Source: Eledone cirrhosa (taxonomy: Eukaryota). Taken from it: 64,000 bases of DNA. Shown piece by piece: positions 39,956-54,193 of this stretch. Where the stretch lies: NCBI GenBank assembly GCA_964016885.1, contig OZ024759.1:20088001-20152000 (forward strand), written 5' to 3'. A program made the translations under genes and the position numbers. The notes under the pieces were generated by a model. The model saw only the letters and a program-made list of their open reading frames with translations, was not told the DNA's origin and ran no database searches. Within the stretch, counting starts at the first letter, position 1; every line of letters starts with the position of its first letter.

Positions 39956-40266
39956 AGGTTAACTTTACCTTTCGTCCTTACGGGGTCGATAAAATAAAGT
40001 ACCAGTAATGCACTGGGTAATTGCTGGCCTTGTGCCAAAAGTAGAAACAATTATTAATATTATTTAACTTTGCCTTTCATCCTTACGGGGTCGATAAAAT
40101 AAAGTACCAGTAATACACTGGGTAATTGCTGGCCTTGTGCCAAAAGTAGAAACAATTATTAATATTATTTAACTTTGCCTTTCATCCTTACGGGGTCGAT
40201 AAAATAAAGTACCAGTAATACACTGGGTAATTGCTGGCCTTGTGCCAAAAGTAGAAACAATTATTA
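39956..40266 (+). mobile_element. Three tandem 3' halves of SINE family B
   Basis: ~105 bp unit taactttgcctttcatcc...gtagaaacaattatt, three times. Confidence 0.9.
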
Positions 40267-41639
40267 TTTTCATCTACCATCTTGTTTTTCTTCTCTTTCT
40301 TCTCTCCTGCCTTCTTCTCCTTTGCCTTCTACTTCATCTTCTTCTTTTTCTTTTTCTTCTTTTTCTTCTTCTTCTTCTTCTTCTTCTTCTTCTTCTTCTT
40401 CTTCTTCTTCTTCTTCTTCTCCCCCCCTTCCTCCTCCTTATTGATGATGTTGATGTTCTCAGTGTGGTCATAATGGTGATAATTATCATAACAGATGCTG
40501 CTGCTGATGATGATGATGATAAACACAGTGATAATTTATCATGTTGTTCATGATGATGATGACGTCGATGATGATAATGATGACGACGACAATACTGGTG
40601 ATGATGATGATGATGATGATGATGATGACGACAATACTGATGATGATGATGATGATGATGACGACAATACTGGTGATGATGATGATGATGATGACGACAA
40701 TACTGGTGATGATGATGATGATGATGATGACGACAATACTGGTGATGATGATGATGATGATGATGACGACAATACTGGTGATGATGATGATGATGATGAT
40801 GACGACAATACTGGTGATGATGATGATGATGATGATGACGACAATACTGGTGATGATGATGATGATGATGATGACGACAATACTGATGATGATGATGATG
40901 ATGATGATGACTACAATACTGATGATGATGATGATGATGATGACTACAATACTGATGATGATGATGATGATGATGACTACAATACTGATGATGATGATGA
41001 TGATGATGATGATATAGGCGAGGGCGTCGGAGATGCAAGTGACATTTCTGATTAATTAAACCGGCACTATGTTAATAATTAATCTCGTTGGCCTTCTCTA
41101 TGCTCCCCTCCCCCCACCACCACCACCACCACCACCACCACCCCAGTCATAATTACACCACACACACCCACCCACCCACCCACCCACCGCTCCTTGACAC
41201 TCCCACAGGACACAGCGCTGCACAGAAGGATGACCGCTAGGTGGAAAACTAAACAGATTAGCTGACCAAACAATAATTAATGAACAAAGCAGCCTCATCA
41301 TCATCAGCATCATCGTCATCATCATCGTCATTGTCAGCATCATCGTCATCGTCATCGTCATCGTCAGCATCATCGTCATCATCATCATTATCAGCATCAT
41401 CATCGTTATCAGCATCATCATCATTATCATCATCATCGTTATCATCATCATCATCATCGTCATCATTATCGTCATCATCGTCATCATTATCATCATCATT
41501 ATCATCATCATCATCATCATCATTATCATCATCATCATTATCATCATCATCATCATCATCATCATTATCATCATCATCATCATCATTATCATCATCATCA
41601 TCATTATCATCATCATCATCATCATTATCAGCATCATCG

Positions 41640-41682
<43 letters not shown>

Positions 41683-41714
41683 TAGCATTGCCACCATAAT
41701 CATCAAATCATCAT

Positions 41715-42085
41715 CGGTGGATTGGCAGTACCGGTAGAGGTTCGGACGCAGCATAGAGTTACGGCCCTTTACGGTCTGAGTTTAAATCCCGCCGAGGTTC
41801 ACTTTGCCTTTCATCCTTACGGGGGGGGGGGTCGATAGAATAAAGTACCAGTAATACACTGGTTAATTGCTGGCCTTGTGCCTAACGTAGAAACAATTAT
41901 TATCTCTGAGGTTGACTTTGCCTTTCATCCTTACGGGGTCGATAGAATAAAGTACCAGTAATGTACTGGGTAATTGCTGGCCTTGTGCCTAAAGTAGAAA
42001 CAATTATATGTGTGTGTCGATAAAATAAAGTACCAGTGATGTACTGGGTAATTGCTGGCCTTGTGCCAAAAGTGGAAACAATTAT
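41715..42085 (+). mobile_element. SINE family B copy with two extra 3' halves
   Basis: Same consensus; another partial copy at ~42466-42618. Confidence 0.85.
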
Positions 42086-42674
42086 TATCCTCATCATTGC
42101 CATAATAATCATTATCACCATCATCATCATTAGCATTGCCACCATAAATTTCATTCTCATCATCATCATTGTCACCATAATAATTATCATCATCATCATC
42201 ATCATCATCATCACCATCATCACCATCATCATCATCATCATCATCATTATCCATTTCATTATAATCATCATTATCAATATCATCATCATCACCATCACCA
42301 TTTCTATTATCGTCATTATCATCATCACCATCATTATCATCATCATCACCATCACCATCATTATCATCACCATCACCATCATCACCATCATTAGCATGAT
42401 CACCATTGCCTCATTAATAATCATCATCATCATCACTATTAGCATTATCATCATTGCTGCCATACTTTGCAGCATAGAGTTACGGCCCTTTCCATTCTGA
42501 GTTCAAATCCTGCCGAGGTTAACTTTGCCTTTCATCCTTAAGGGGGCGATAAAACAAAATACCAGTAATGTACTGGGGTGATTGCTGCTGGCCTTGTGCC
42601 AAAAGTAGAAACAATTATCCACAACCCTTTTGACCACAAAACCCTTTTGACCTACTCACTATATATATGCGTGT

Positions 42675-43184
42675 GTATCTGTTGACGAAGAAGGGTTTCT
42701 CCCTGCGTACGAAAGGACGGTTATATGATGCCTGTGTGATATGCACGATGCTGCATGGTAGTGAGACATGGGCAGCAACTGCAGAGGATATGCGACGGCT
42801 GGAGAGAAATGAAGCAAGTATGCTCCGTTGGATGTGCAATGCCAATGTGCGTGAATGACCAAGCATAGACGACTTGAGAGAGAAACTGGGTATAAGAGGG
42901 ATAACTTGTGGTGTGCAGGAGAGAAGGCTGAGATGGTATGGAGATGTGATGCGCATGGAGGATGACCGCTGGGTAAAGAAGTGCCAAGAAATCCCAGTAG
43001 AAGGAAGACGCAGTAGAGGTATACCACGTAAAACATAGGCGGAGGTGGTGAGAACAGACCTCAGATCGCTGAAACTCACCGAGGAGATGATGAAGGACCG
43101 TGACAAGTGGAGAGATGCTGTGCTGAATAGGACCCGTCCAACCCTTGCAAGCAGGGAAAAGCGGACGTAAAATGATGATGATGT
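42675..43184 (+). mobile_element. RTE-clade LINE 3' fragment
   Basis: TKGRLYDACV..MLHGSETWA...RWMC, with internal stops. Confidence 0.9.
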
Positions 43185-43365
43185 ATATGTCTATGCATTA
43201 GCGTGGAAGAACGGACGTAAAACGGTGATGATGATGATATGTGTATATATGTATGTATATATATATGTATATATATATGTATATATATATATGTGTATAT
43301 GTATTTATATCTATATATATATATATGTACAAATATGCATATATATATGTATATGTATTTATATA

Positions 43366-43410
<45 letters not shown>

Positions 43411-44178
43411 TGTATGAATTATATTTATCTCTATGTTTATATATTGCGGGCTCTTTCTTTAGTGATTACAACCATACATTCAGGCAATATATATCATCAT
43501 CATCGTCTTAACATCTGCTTTCCCTGCTAGCAAGGGTTGATATATGTATATATATATATATATGTGTCTATGGATGTATATATGTATATGTGTGTGTATG
43601 TATATTTGTATATGTGCATATGCCTATGTAAATATGGATGTGTGTGTGTGCCTCTGTGTGCATATTGGTATATGTGTGTGTACATATGTATGTATATATG
43701 GATATGTGTGTTGCTATATATATGTGTATCTGACTGTGTGTGTCTATAAATATATATATGTATAAATATCTATACATGGATATGTGTGTTCCTGTGTATG
43801 TAGCTATGTATAAGAGTGTGTATCTATATATGTATATTGGTATGTGTGTGTGTGTCTATGTATATATACATATATGTGTGTATATATATGGATATGTGTG
43901 TCTCCGTATATATATGTCTGTGTATGTATATGTATGTATGTTTATGTTTAAAAGTGTAAAAAATCTTGAATGGCAGTAAATGGCCACAAACCTGACTTTA
44001 GAGAATCAGGTAAAAAAAAACATAGAAATAGAATAAGAGGCCATTTAAAGGGACTCTTTACCTGGTTTTTTAAGATGGGCTCATGGCTATTTTCCTGCAT
44101 TCAAGATTTTTCTACATTTTTAAGCATTTCATCTCACTCGGCACTTCAATATATATTTACAATAGGGTGTCATACATA

Positions 44179-44219
<41 letters not shown>

Positions 44220-44373
44220 TAGATAGATAGATATGTATATGCACATATATATATATATATACATATATTTACATATATATATAGAGAGAGAGAGAGCAAG
44301 AGAGATAAAGATATATATATATATACAGAAAGAGATATATAGACATAGATAGATAGATATATACATATATATG

Positions 44374-44422
<49 letters not shown>

Positions 44423-44743
44423 GTGTACAGAAATAAAAAGGGAAAAAAATATATTTTTCTTTCTAATAATCGTCTCTTTCTCCCGGTTTTCATATATATA
44501 CATATATATATGTATATATGTATATATATATATATATATAAGTATTTATACGTACATACATATATGTGTACAGACGTACAGTAGTATGTATATATATACA
44601 TACATGCACACATATATATATGTACGTATGAGTTTACTGAACATTTATTATAATGCTCGATTTGTTTGTAAACAAACATCCCGAATTACGCCGTACAATG
44701 TTTAGCAACCATCGTTGCCCTTTTGTTCAACACTGACACAGGA

Positions 44744-44786
44744 ACGATGTACTAGTTTCAAGCTTATTAGCTACCGTCAGCATCGT
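44744..44786 (-). ncRNA. Minimal hammerhead motif with a core substitution
   Basis: Reverse complement reads ACGATG-CTGACGG-TAGC-TAATAA-GCTT-GAAAC-TA-GTA-CATCGT (A9 replaced by G). Confidence 0.5.
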
Positions 44787-45036
44787 ATGCCTATATACAT
44801 ACATGCACACATATATATATATGTATGTATGGGTTTACCGAACATTCATTATAATGTTCGTACTAAGAGTGAGAAATGAAATTTCGTTTCATTCTTTTCC
44901 ATTTATATATATATATATATATAGATAGAGATATATATATTATATGATTATATATATATTATATGATTATATATATAAACATATTTTATGATTATATATA
45001 TTTTTATAGGTGTATATAAGTATATGTATATATGTA

Positions 45037-45076
<40 letters not shown>

Positions 45077-45540
45077 CATACACTCAGATACTCACACACG
45101 CACACATACACACACACACACAGAAGTAGGAATATATATTCCATAAGACACAGCAGAAAAAATATTTTTTGTGAGAGAGAAATTTTCAGCAGACAATTCA
45201 ATGAATCTAACAAAATAACTACAACAACAACAACAACAACAACAAAACAACACCAATAAGCACAATAATAATAATAGCAATAATAACAATAATAACAAAT
45301 AAAAACAATAATAACAATAATAATAAGAAGAAGAATAATAAATTTGTATTCAGAAAATTTATAATTCAATATGATTAATGAAAACAGTTGGACACTAGCA
45401 AATAGAGGCATTACAATAGATTTTGAAATGTATACATACAAATATTTAATGTATATTATTGTTCTGCTCATAAGTGAGCTTGTTTCTGGCAGCAAAATAG
45501 CCAGTCAAACAAAAAAGAAAAGCCACTGAATTACTGAAGT

Positions 45541-46535
45541 CACTGCCTCAGCATGGCCACAGTCTGATTACTGAAACTGCAGTCAAAATTACTGAAGCCA
45601 CTACCCCAGAATGGCCACAGTCTAATTGCAAAATCCACTACCCCAGCATGGCCACAGTCTGACTTCTGAAGCAACAGTCTCATTACAAAATCCACTACCC
45701 CAGCATGGCCACAGTCTGACTTCTGAAGCAACAGTCTCATTACAAAATCCACTACTCCAGCATGGCCACAGTCTGACTACTGAAGCAACAGTCTCATTAC
45801 AAAATCCACTACCCCAGCATGGCCACAGTCTGACTTCTGAAGCAACAGTCTCATTACAAAATCCACTACCCCAGCATGGCCACAGTCTGACTTCTGAAGC
45901 AACAGTCTCATTACAAAATCCACTACCCCAGCATGGCCACAGTCTGACTTCTGAAGCAACAGTCTAATTACTAAAGCCAATGCCCCAGCTTGGCCACAAT
46001 CTAATTACTAAAGCCAATGCCCCAGCTTGGCCACAATCTAATTACTAAAGCCAATGCCCCAGCTTGGCCACAATCTAATTACTAAAGCCAATGCCCCAGC
46101 TTGGCCACAATCTAATTACTAAAGCCAATGCTCCAGCTTGGCCACAATCTAATTACTAAAGCCAATGCTCCAGCTTGGCCACAATCTAATTACTAAAGCC
46201 AATGCTCCAGCTTGGCCACAATCTAATTACTAAAGCCAATGCTCCAGCTTGGCCACAATCTAATTACTAAAGCCAATGCTCCAGCTTGGCCACAATCTAA
46301 TTACTAAAGCCAATGCCCCAGCTTGGCCACAATCTAATTACTAAAGCCAATGCCCCAGCTTGGCCGCAATCTAATTACTAAAGCCAATGCCCCAGCTTGG
46401 CCACAATCTAATTACTAAAGCCAATGCCCCAGCTTGGCCACAATCTAATTACTAAAGCCAATGCCCCAGCATGGCTACAGGTTAAATTCTCAAACCACTA
46501 CCCCAGCATGGCCACAGTCTAATTACAGAAGCCAG
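45541..46535. repeat. Adjacent 57 bp and 34 bp minisatellites sharing ccccagc(a/t)tggccaca
   Basis: Directly visible; unit length switches at ~45965. Confidence 0.9.
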
Positions 46536-46614
46536 TAAAAAAAACAAACAACAAAATATATATATATATGTACAATATATTAATAAATGGAAACTATATT
46601 TATAAAACCATAAT

Positions 46615-46679
46615 TATTTTATTATATATATTTCAAGGGCAACCAAGCCAATCTTGGTGCGCTTTCATCAGATAAAATA
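46615..46679 (-). ncRNA. Hammerhead motif H1 (left arm of second palindrome)
   Basis: Intact core; partner starting at 46828 is split by a SINE. Confidence 0.75.
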
Positions 46680-46883
46680 CAAAATTTGTTTTATAAATAG
46701 TGACATAACCATGGAAAACAACCTTGACGGTTGAAAATTCACTGGATAGTGAAAAGACTGTCTAGCGAAATTTCAACCGTCAAGGTTGTTTTCCATGGTT
46801 ATGTCACTATTTATAAAACAAATTTTGTATTTTATCTGATGAAAGCGCACCAAGTTTGGCTTGGTTGCCCTTGAAATATATAT

Positions 46884-47070
46884 AATTGTTTCTACTTTTG
46901 GCACAAGGCCAGCAATTACCCAGTGCATTACTGGTACTTTATTTAATCGACCCCGTAAGGATGAAAGGCAAAGTCAACCTCGGCGGGATTTGAACTCAGA
47001 TCGCAAAGGGACGTAACTATGCTGGAAAGCATGGCGTCCGACCCTCTACCGATACTGCCAATCCACCGCC
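46884..47070 (-). mobile_element. SINE family B copy inserted into a hammerhead motif
   Basis: TSD ttgaaatatatataat at 46871-46886 and 47072-47087. Confidence 0.9.
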
Positions 47071-47542
47071 ATTGAAATATATATAATAAAATAATTATGG
47101 TTTTATAAATATAGTTTCCATTTATTAATATATTGAATATTTACTCCAGTATACTGTTGAGTGCTCTATATCAGTTATAAACTTTTAAGTTTGTTGGAAT
47201 CCCAACAAATTAAATATAACTTCTACATATATATATATATATAGGATAGCCATGGTATCTAAGATGAAAAAGTGCGCGCGGACCTTCATCATCAGGTGAC
47301 AAATAAAGCAAAAGCAGTAAAAATAGGGGTAACGAGCAAACAAGCAGTTATTATAGTGAGACATGGTAACGAAAGAGAGATTATGCAGCGCGTAGAGATG
47401 TATTGGAATTCAAGTATTGCCAGTTTTTGTTATTGGAAGAAACTGGCAGGAGGTGGAACTTGTAAATGTGAAAAACAAAAATACACATACACTCGTGTAT
47501 GTGTGTATGTGTGTGTATATATGTCTGTGTGTGTGTGTTTTC

Positions 47543-47574
<32 letters not shown>

Positions 47575-47643
47575 ATATGTATATATATATATATATATGT
47601 ATATATTTGTATATATATATGTATATGTATATATATATGTATA

Positions 47644-47676
<33 letters not shown>

Positions 47677-47728
47677 TTATGTGTGTATAATGTGTACACA
47701 TATATACATACATATTCATCCACAATGT

Positions 47729-47785
<57 letters not shown>

Positions 47786-48472
47786 GATATATTAATATTA
47801 ATTTATAATTGTACATATACACTCTCACAAACACATGCATCCATATATATATATATATATATACAGACATATATTCACATATATATATGCACACATATAT
47901 ATACATATATATATGTATATACACACACACATCCACACACACACACATATACATATATATATATATATATATATACATACACACATATAAACACACATAC
48001 ATACATATATATACACACACACACATACACACAGATACACATATTTACATATATATATATATATATATACATATTTCTGTGTGTATAATGAGACATATAT
48101 ACACGCTAAACATACTTACTAATGCCATGTGTTGTCTGCAGTCTACACCATTCTACACCATTCTACACACAGCACTAATTATATTACAGAATAACTTCTA
48201 TTGTTCTTCTACACTCTGTACAACAGTCCACATCTCGTTTTATCTCCAACAAATTAAACACCAACGGAACTAACTCCTAGCTTGGAACATCACGTTTTCC
48301 ATTGTTACAGAGTTACAGAACCCTGTGTGGTATAGAATTCTAATGAAGGATGCACAACCCATACACACACACACATCTGCATGCTCACATAGTCTTATAG
48401 TCTTATACACAAGCACAGCTATACAATTACACAAGCATTGTACGCCTCCTCTTCTCCCCCACACACACGTAC

Positions 48473-48503
<31 letters not shown>

Positions 48504-48714
48504 CGTGCAAACACACATGCTTACACCTATATGTATGTATGTGTGTTTATGTGTGTATGTGTGTGTATATATATATATATATGTGTGTGTGTGTGCATAT
48601 ATATGTATCTGTGTGTGTATATATATATATATCATCATCATCATCATCATTTTATGTCCGCTTTTCCCTGCTTGCAAGGGTATATATATATATATATGCA
48701 TATATATATGTATC

Positions 48715-48748
<34 letters not shown>

Positions 48749-48824
48749 CATATGCATATATACATGTGTGTGAGTGTGTGTGTATATATATATATATATA
48801 TGCATATATACGTATCTGTGTGTG

Positions 48825-48874
<50 letters not shown>

Positions 48875-49135
48875 TATATATACGTATGTGTGTGTGTGTA
48901 TATATATATATATATGCATATATATGTATCTGTGTGTGTATATATACGTATATATATTAACAAACTGTAAGATACTTTTCACTGCTCCTAATCCAGTAAT
49001 TGTTTCTAGGGGAAGAAAAATTGATATTTTTGATTTTTGTAGAAATATTCTGGTTCCAAACACATTCAGTTGTAGTTAGATATAATACTAGTGATAGTTA
49101 TAATAGTTACTTCATCTCTCTGCCTGTCTATAGAG

Positions 49136-49199
<64 letters not shown>

Positions 49200-49211
49200 C
49201 TATATATTCTT

Positions 49212-49251
<40 letters not shown>

Positions 49252-49261
49252 ATATTCTTTT

Positions 49262-49630
49262 TTTCAAATACCACTTTGGAAGAAGAATCAGGATGGAGAG
49301 AGAGGTGCTGTACCCCAGCAAATTTTATGAAAGGTGGGTGAAAGTGGCGAGAATGGCTCGAGTGAATGGGCCTTCTCTCTATATCAACCTGTAGGTTGAG
49401 GAAAAGGAGGAGGAGAGGAAGGGAGTACAAACTCTTCGTACTTCTGGAGATGAGGGTTGCACATTTTTTCGGGGGTATGTGTTACCCATATGAACTGTCT
49501 CCCCCTATTGGGGAAAATCGACTAATTTTTAAATTGCATTTGTGATAATATTTTACACGCTTTTATTGTATGTAAACTTCCCCCTTTGTATTTGTCCCCT
49601 TCTTTTGTGCCCCTGTGGCTAATAAAGAAA
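49262..49630 (+). mobile_element. Sister Tx1-like family 3' end
   Basis: Similar ORF terminus and UTR; further pieces at ~49690-49771, ~53192-53265 and ~53293-53538. Confidence 0.7.
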
Positions 49631-49789
49631 CATATCTATCTATATATTTTATATTTTTATATTTTTTATATTTTGTTATTGCCTCCTCCTTATTGAGGAC
49701 GCCTTTTTATGTAAACCCCCCCATTGTACTTGTCCCACTCTTTGATGCCCTGGTGGCAAATAAAAAGAAAGTTATCTATCTATCCACAA

Positions 49790-50801
49790 CTTGTCTCACT
49801 GACGGAGCTGCAGTCCTGGGTCAAACGGAGACCGAAGAAGATGGGCGCCTGGCACATTGAATGCGCTCAGGCGCTCACAGTCCTCTGGCAAGCAGGCACG
49901 GCAATCAGTGGAGACTCCATTTTGACATTCTATAGAGGGTTAGTACTTTACAAGTGCGACAATGTGCTCGGAGAGACTCTGGGCATCGAAGGCGACGAAC
50001 TCACCAGTCTGTCTGGTAGGACTTTCCGCCCGGGACCGATGGACAACTTCCAGAGGTCCCTGACCTGGCAGTGCTACCAAGGAGCTCTACCTGTTCAAGA
50101 TAAGATCTACAGGCACGGACGCCCCGGCAGGGACCCTTCCAAGAGGACATGTCCAAGATGCAAGCAGGACATTGAAACCGTCTTGCACGCAATTGTACAC
50201 TGTGCGGGCGTAACCGACCTGTGGAACTATGCAGAACAACTGCTGTCGCGTATGGGACAAATCCAGTTGACTACCGAGTCCATAGTAAGGATCAAACCGC
50301 CAGCCTCTTTCAAAAACGAAAGAGAGGCAGTTTTCCTCTGTATGGTGGCTATGGTGAAAGAGGTTATATGGTGGACGAGATTGAGAGGACTGAGGACAAA
50401 TGCCTTTCTCTCCGGACAACAACTCATTCCCTTCTTTAGGTACCACTTTAGAAGGAGAATCAGGGTGGAGAGAGAGTCACTGCACCCCAGTAAATTTACT
50501 GAAAGGTGGGTGAATGTGGCAAAAATAGCCTGAGTGATTGGGCCTTCCCTGTTTATAAGCCTGTAGGTTAAAGAAGAGAGCAAAAGGAAGAAGGGAACAC
50601 TTGCACAACATGCTCCTGAAGTTGAGGATTGTTCTATCGACGGGGTATTAAACAACCCATTTGTGGTGCCTCCTCCCTATTGGGGATTTCGATTGTTTAA
50701 TTTGTTTGTTTCAATATTTTTACATGATTGTATGTAAAATCCCCGGCATGTGTCTTTCTTTTGTCCCCTTTTCTTGTGCCCCCTTGTGGAAAATAAAGAA
50801 A
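49790..50801 (+). mobile_element. Tx1/L1-clade LINE 3' fragment (zinc-binding C-terminus plus 3' UTR)
   Basis: SLTWQCYQGALPV...CPRCKQDIETVLHAIVHC...LWNY; ends aataaagaa|atctatct. Confidence 0.85.
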
Positions 50802-51549
50802 TCTATCTATCTATCTATCTATCCATCTACCTGCCTATCTAACTATCTACCCACCTAGATATCTATCTATCTATCCATCTATTTATTTATCTATCTACCT
50901 ATCTTCCTACATATCTATCTATCTATCTGACTTTCTGTTCAAACCGGCTGTAACTTGTCACTCATACTGTTGTTAAGGTATGGTTCTCAAAATAAATAAC
51001 ATCAAAATCTCGTAGATTCAATATTATGTGAGATAATTCTGAAAGATAAAGCCTTTACCACAAAAATGCAGTTGTATATATTGAGTAAAGTAAATGCTAA
51101 AGGGTTAATGTGTTTATATTTATCTAAAAACTTTCAATCATAAATTTATATAAGAACCTTTAAGTTATGTTCCAAACATCTGCTTAACTATTTGATACCA
51201 AACCACCTGAAACTGCCCTGTGATACAAAACTGCTTATTTTAATGGGTTTATATTTATCTAAAAGCCTTCGATCATAATTTTATATGAGAACATTTGTTA
51301 TGTTCCAAATACTAGCTTCATATGAAGAACATTATATTAATAAATCTCTCTAACTCGTTAGTTATTTTCAAAAATTATTAAAAATTCATAGCCTGTGTCA
51401 TTGAAATTAATGGAATTAAAGAATTTATATTTATCTTTCATAATAATTTCATGTAAGAACCATTGTTTTATTCCAAACACCAAATTAGAAGTGAGAAAGT
51501 TAGTTATATTACCTATTACTCAAAAAATCAGAGGCAGTGTTTTTCTTTG

Positions 51550-52200
51550 TGGAGGTGCATGGACTAGTGGTGAGGGTGTTGAACTTATAATCATAATATT
51601 TTGGGTTCGATTCCTGGACTGGGTTGTGTGTTGTGTTCTTGAGCAAAACACTTCATTTGACATTACTCCAGTGGTTAGGGTGTTGGGCTTATGATCATAA
51701 AATGTTGTAGGTTCAATTCCTGGACTGGATTGTGTTGTGTTCTTGAGCAAAACACTTCATTTCACATTGCTTCACTTGTAAGGGTGTCGTGTTCTTGAGC
51801 AAAACAATTCATTTTACATTACTCTAGTGGTAAGTGTGTTGGGCTTATAACCATAATATTGTGGGTTTAATTCCTGGACTGGATTATGTGTTGTGTTCTT
51901 GAGCAAAACACTTCATTTCATGTTGTTCCACTGGTAAGGGCGTTGGGCTTACAATCATAATGTCATGGGGTTGATCCCTGGACTGGGTTATGTGTTGTGT
52001 TCTTCAGCAAAACCCTTCATTTCATGTTGCTCCAGTATACACTGTTGAAAATGTGTACCAGCAATAACTGGAGATTTAACCCTGCGATGGACTGGTGTCC
52101 TGTTCAGTAGGGGTGATTCTTGTACTCTCAGTTGCTTTACGCCGCAAAAACCAAGATAAGCACCAACATGATGAGCCTCTGAACTCGAGAGAAACATTAA
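51550..52200 (+). mobile_element. tRNA/CORE-type SINE with tandemly repeated head
   Basis: About five copies of head plus ttcttgagcaaaacacttcatt, then body ctgcgatggactgg; the same 3' body occurs at ~12320-12460. Confidence 0.75.
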
Positions 52201-52202
52201 CA

Positions 52203-52643
52203 GCGATGCTGCATGGTAGTGAGACTTGGGCAGCAACTGCAGAGGATATGCGACGGCTGGAGAGAAATGGGGCAAGCATGGTCCGTTGGATGTGTAATGT
52301 CAATGTGCGTGAACGACGCAGCATAAATGTGTTGAGAGAGAAACTGTGTCTGAGAGGGATAGAATGTAGTGTGCGAGAGAGGAGACTGCGGTGGTATGGA
52401 CATGTGATGCGCATGGAGGATGACCGATGGGTGAAGAAGTGCCAGGAAATGCCAGTTGAAGGAAGACATGGTAGAGGTAGACCACGAAAAACATGGGCGG
52501 AGGTGGTGAGAACAGACCTCAGATCACTGAAGCTCACGGTGGAGATGACGAAGGATCGTGACAAGTGGAGAGATGTTGTGCTGAATAAGACCCGTCCCAC
52601 ACTTGCAAGCAAGAAAGGGCAGACGTAAAATGATGATGATGAT
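52203..52643 (+). mobile_element. RTE-clade LINE 3' fragment
   Basis: MLHGSETWA...LRWYGHVMRME...GRPRKTW, open frame. Confidence 0.9.
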
Positions 52644-53562
52644 GAATCAACCCAATTCTTAACTGGTATTTTATTTATTGATCTCATAAGTACATAACAC
52701 AAAGCTGACCTCAGCAGGATTTGAACTCAGAGCACAGAAAACCAGAAATTATACTGCAAAGCATTCTATCCAATGTTTTAACAACTCTGCCAATTTGTTG
52801 CCTCTGAGGAAATTTACTGATGCGAAAAATCCTGGCTCAATCTCTGGTTTTGGTGCATTAGTGCATTAGCACATTAGCACATTAGCGCACTGGTGCACTT
52901 GTATAATGTTAACATCAGCAGAACCAACAAGCTGCAATTACTTGGGTGGTATAGCATGCTATTTAGAAGGTTTGAAGATTTCATGAAGTACAATTTGTGT
53001 TTTATTAGTGACTTACATTTCACATCTTAATTATGCACTTATTGATTTTAGCTTTACATATGTCTGTCTGTCTATCTGTCTATCTACTCATCTTTCTATC
53101 TACCTATCTACCTATCTATCTATCTGTCTGTTTATCTACCTATTTATCAGTCTATCTCTTTGTCTCTCTACCCATCTATCTATCTGTTTACACGTTTTTA
53201 TTGTATGTAAACTTCACCCTTTGTATTTGTCCCCTTCTTTTGTGCCTCTGTGGCTAATAAAGAAACATATCTATCTGTCTATCTCTCTCTATATCAGCCT
53301 GTTGAGGAAAAAGAGGAAGAGAGGAAAGGGGATACAAACTCTTCGTACTCCTGGAGATGAGGGTTGCACATTTTTTCGGGTTGTATGTGTTACCCATATG
53401 TAATGTCTCCCCTATTGGGGAAAATCGATTAATTTTTAAATTGCATTTGTGATAGCATTTTACACGTTTTTATTGTATGTAAACTTCCCCCTTTGTATTT
53501 GTCCCCTTCTTTTGTGCCCCTGTGGCTAATGAAGAAACATATCTATTTATCTGTCTGTCTGT

Positions 53563-54193
53563 CGTGTCCAAGATGCAAGCAGGACATTGAAACCATCTTG
53601 CACGTAATTGTACACTGCGTAAGCGACCTGTGGAACTATGCAGAACAACTGCTGTCGCGTATGGGACAAATACAGTTGACTGCCGAGTCCATAGTAAGGA
53701 TTAAACCGCCAGCCTCTTTCAAAAACGAAAGAGAGGCGGTTTTCCTCTGTACAGTGGCTATGGTGAAAGAGGTTATATGGTGGACGAGATTGAGAGGACT
53801 GAGGACGGATGCCTTTCTCTCCAGACAACAATTGATTCCCTTCTTTAAGTATCACTTTAGAAGGAGAATCAGGGTGGAGAGAGAGTCACTGCACCCCAGT
53901 AAATTTACTGAAAGGTGGGTGAATGTGGCAAAAATAGCCCGAGTGATTGGGCCTTCTCTGTTTATAAGCTTGTAGGTTAAAGAAGAGAGCAAAAGGAAGA
54001 AGGGAACACTTGCACAACATGCTCCTGGAGTTGAGGGTTGTTCTATCGACGGGGTATTAAACCCTCCCCTATTGGGGATTTCGATTGTTAAATTTGTTTG
54101 TTTCAATATTTTTACACGACTGTATGTAAAATCCCCGGCATGTGTCTTTGTAGTGTCCCCTTTTCTTGTTCCCCCTTGTGGCAAATAAAGAAA
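53563..54193 (+). mobile_element. Second Tx1-like 3' fragment
   Basis: Near-identical to 50150-50801. Confidence 0.85.
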
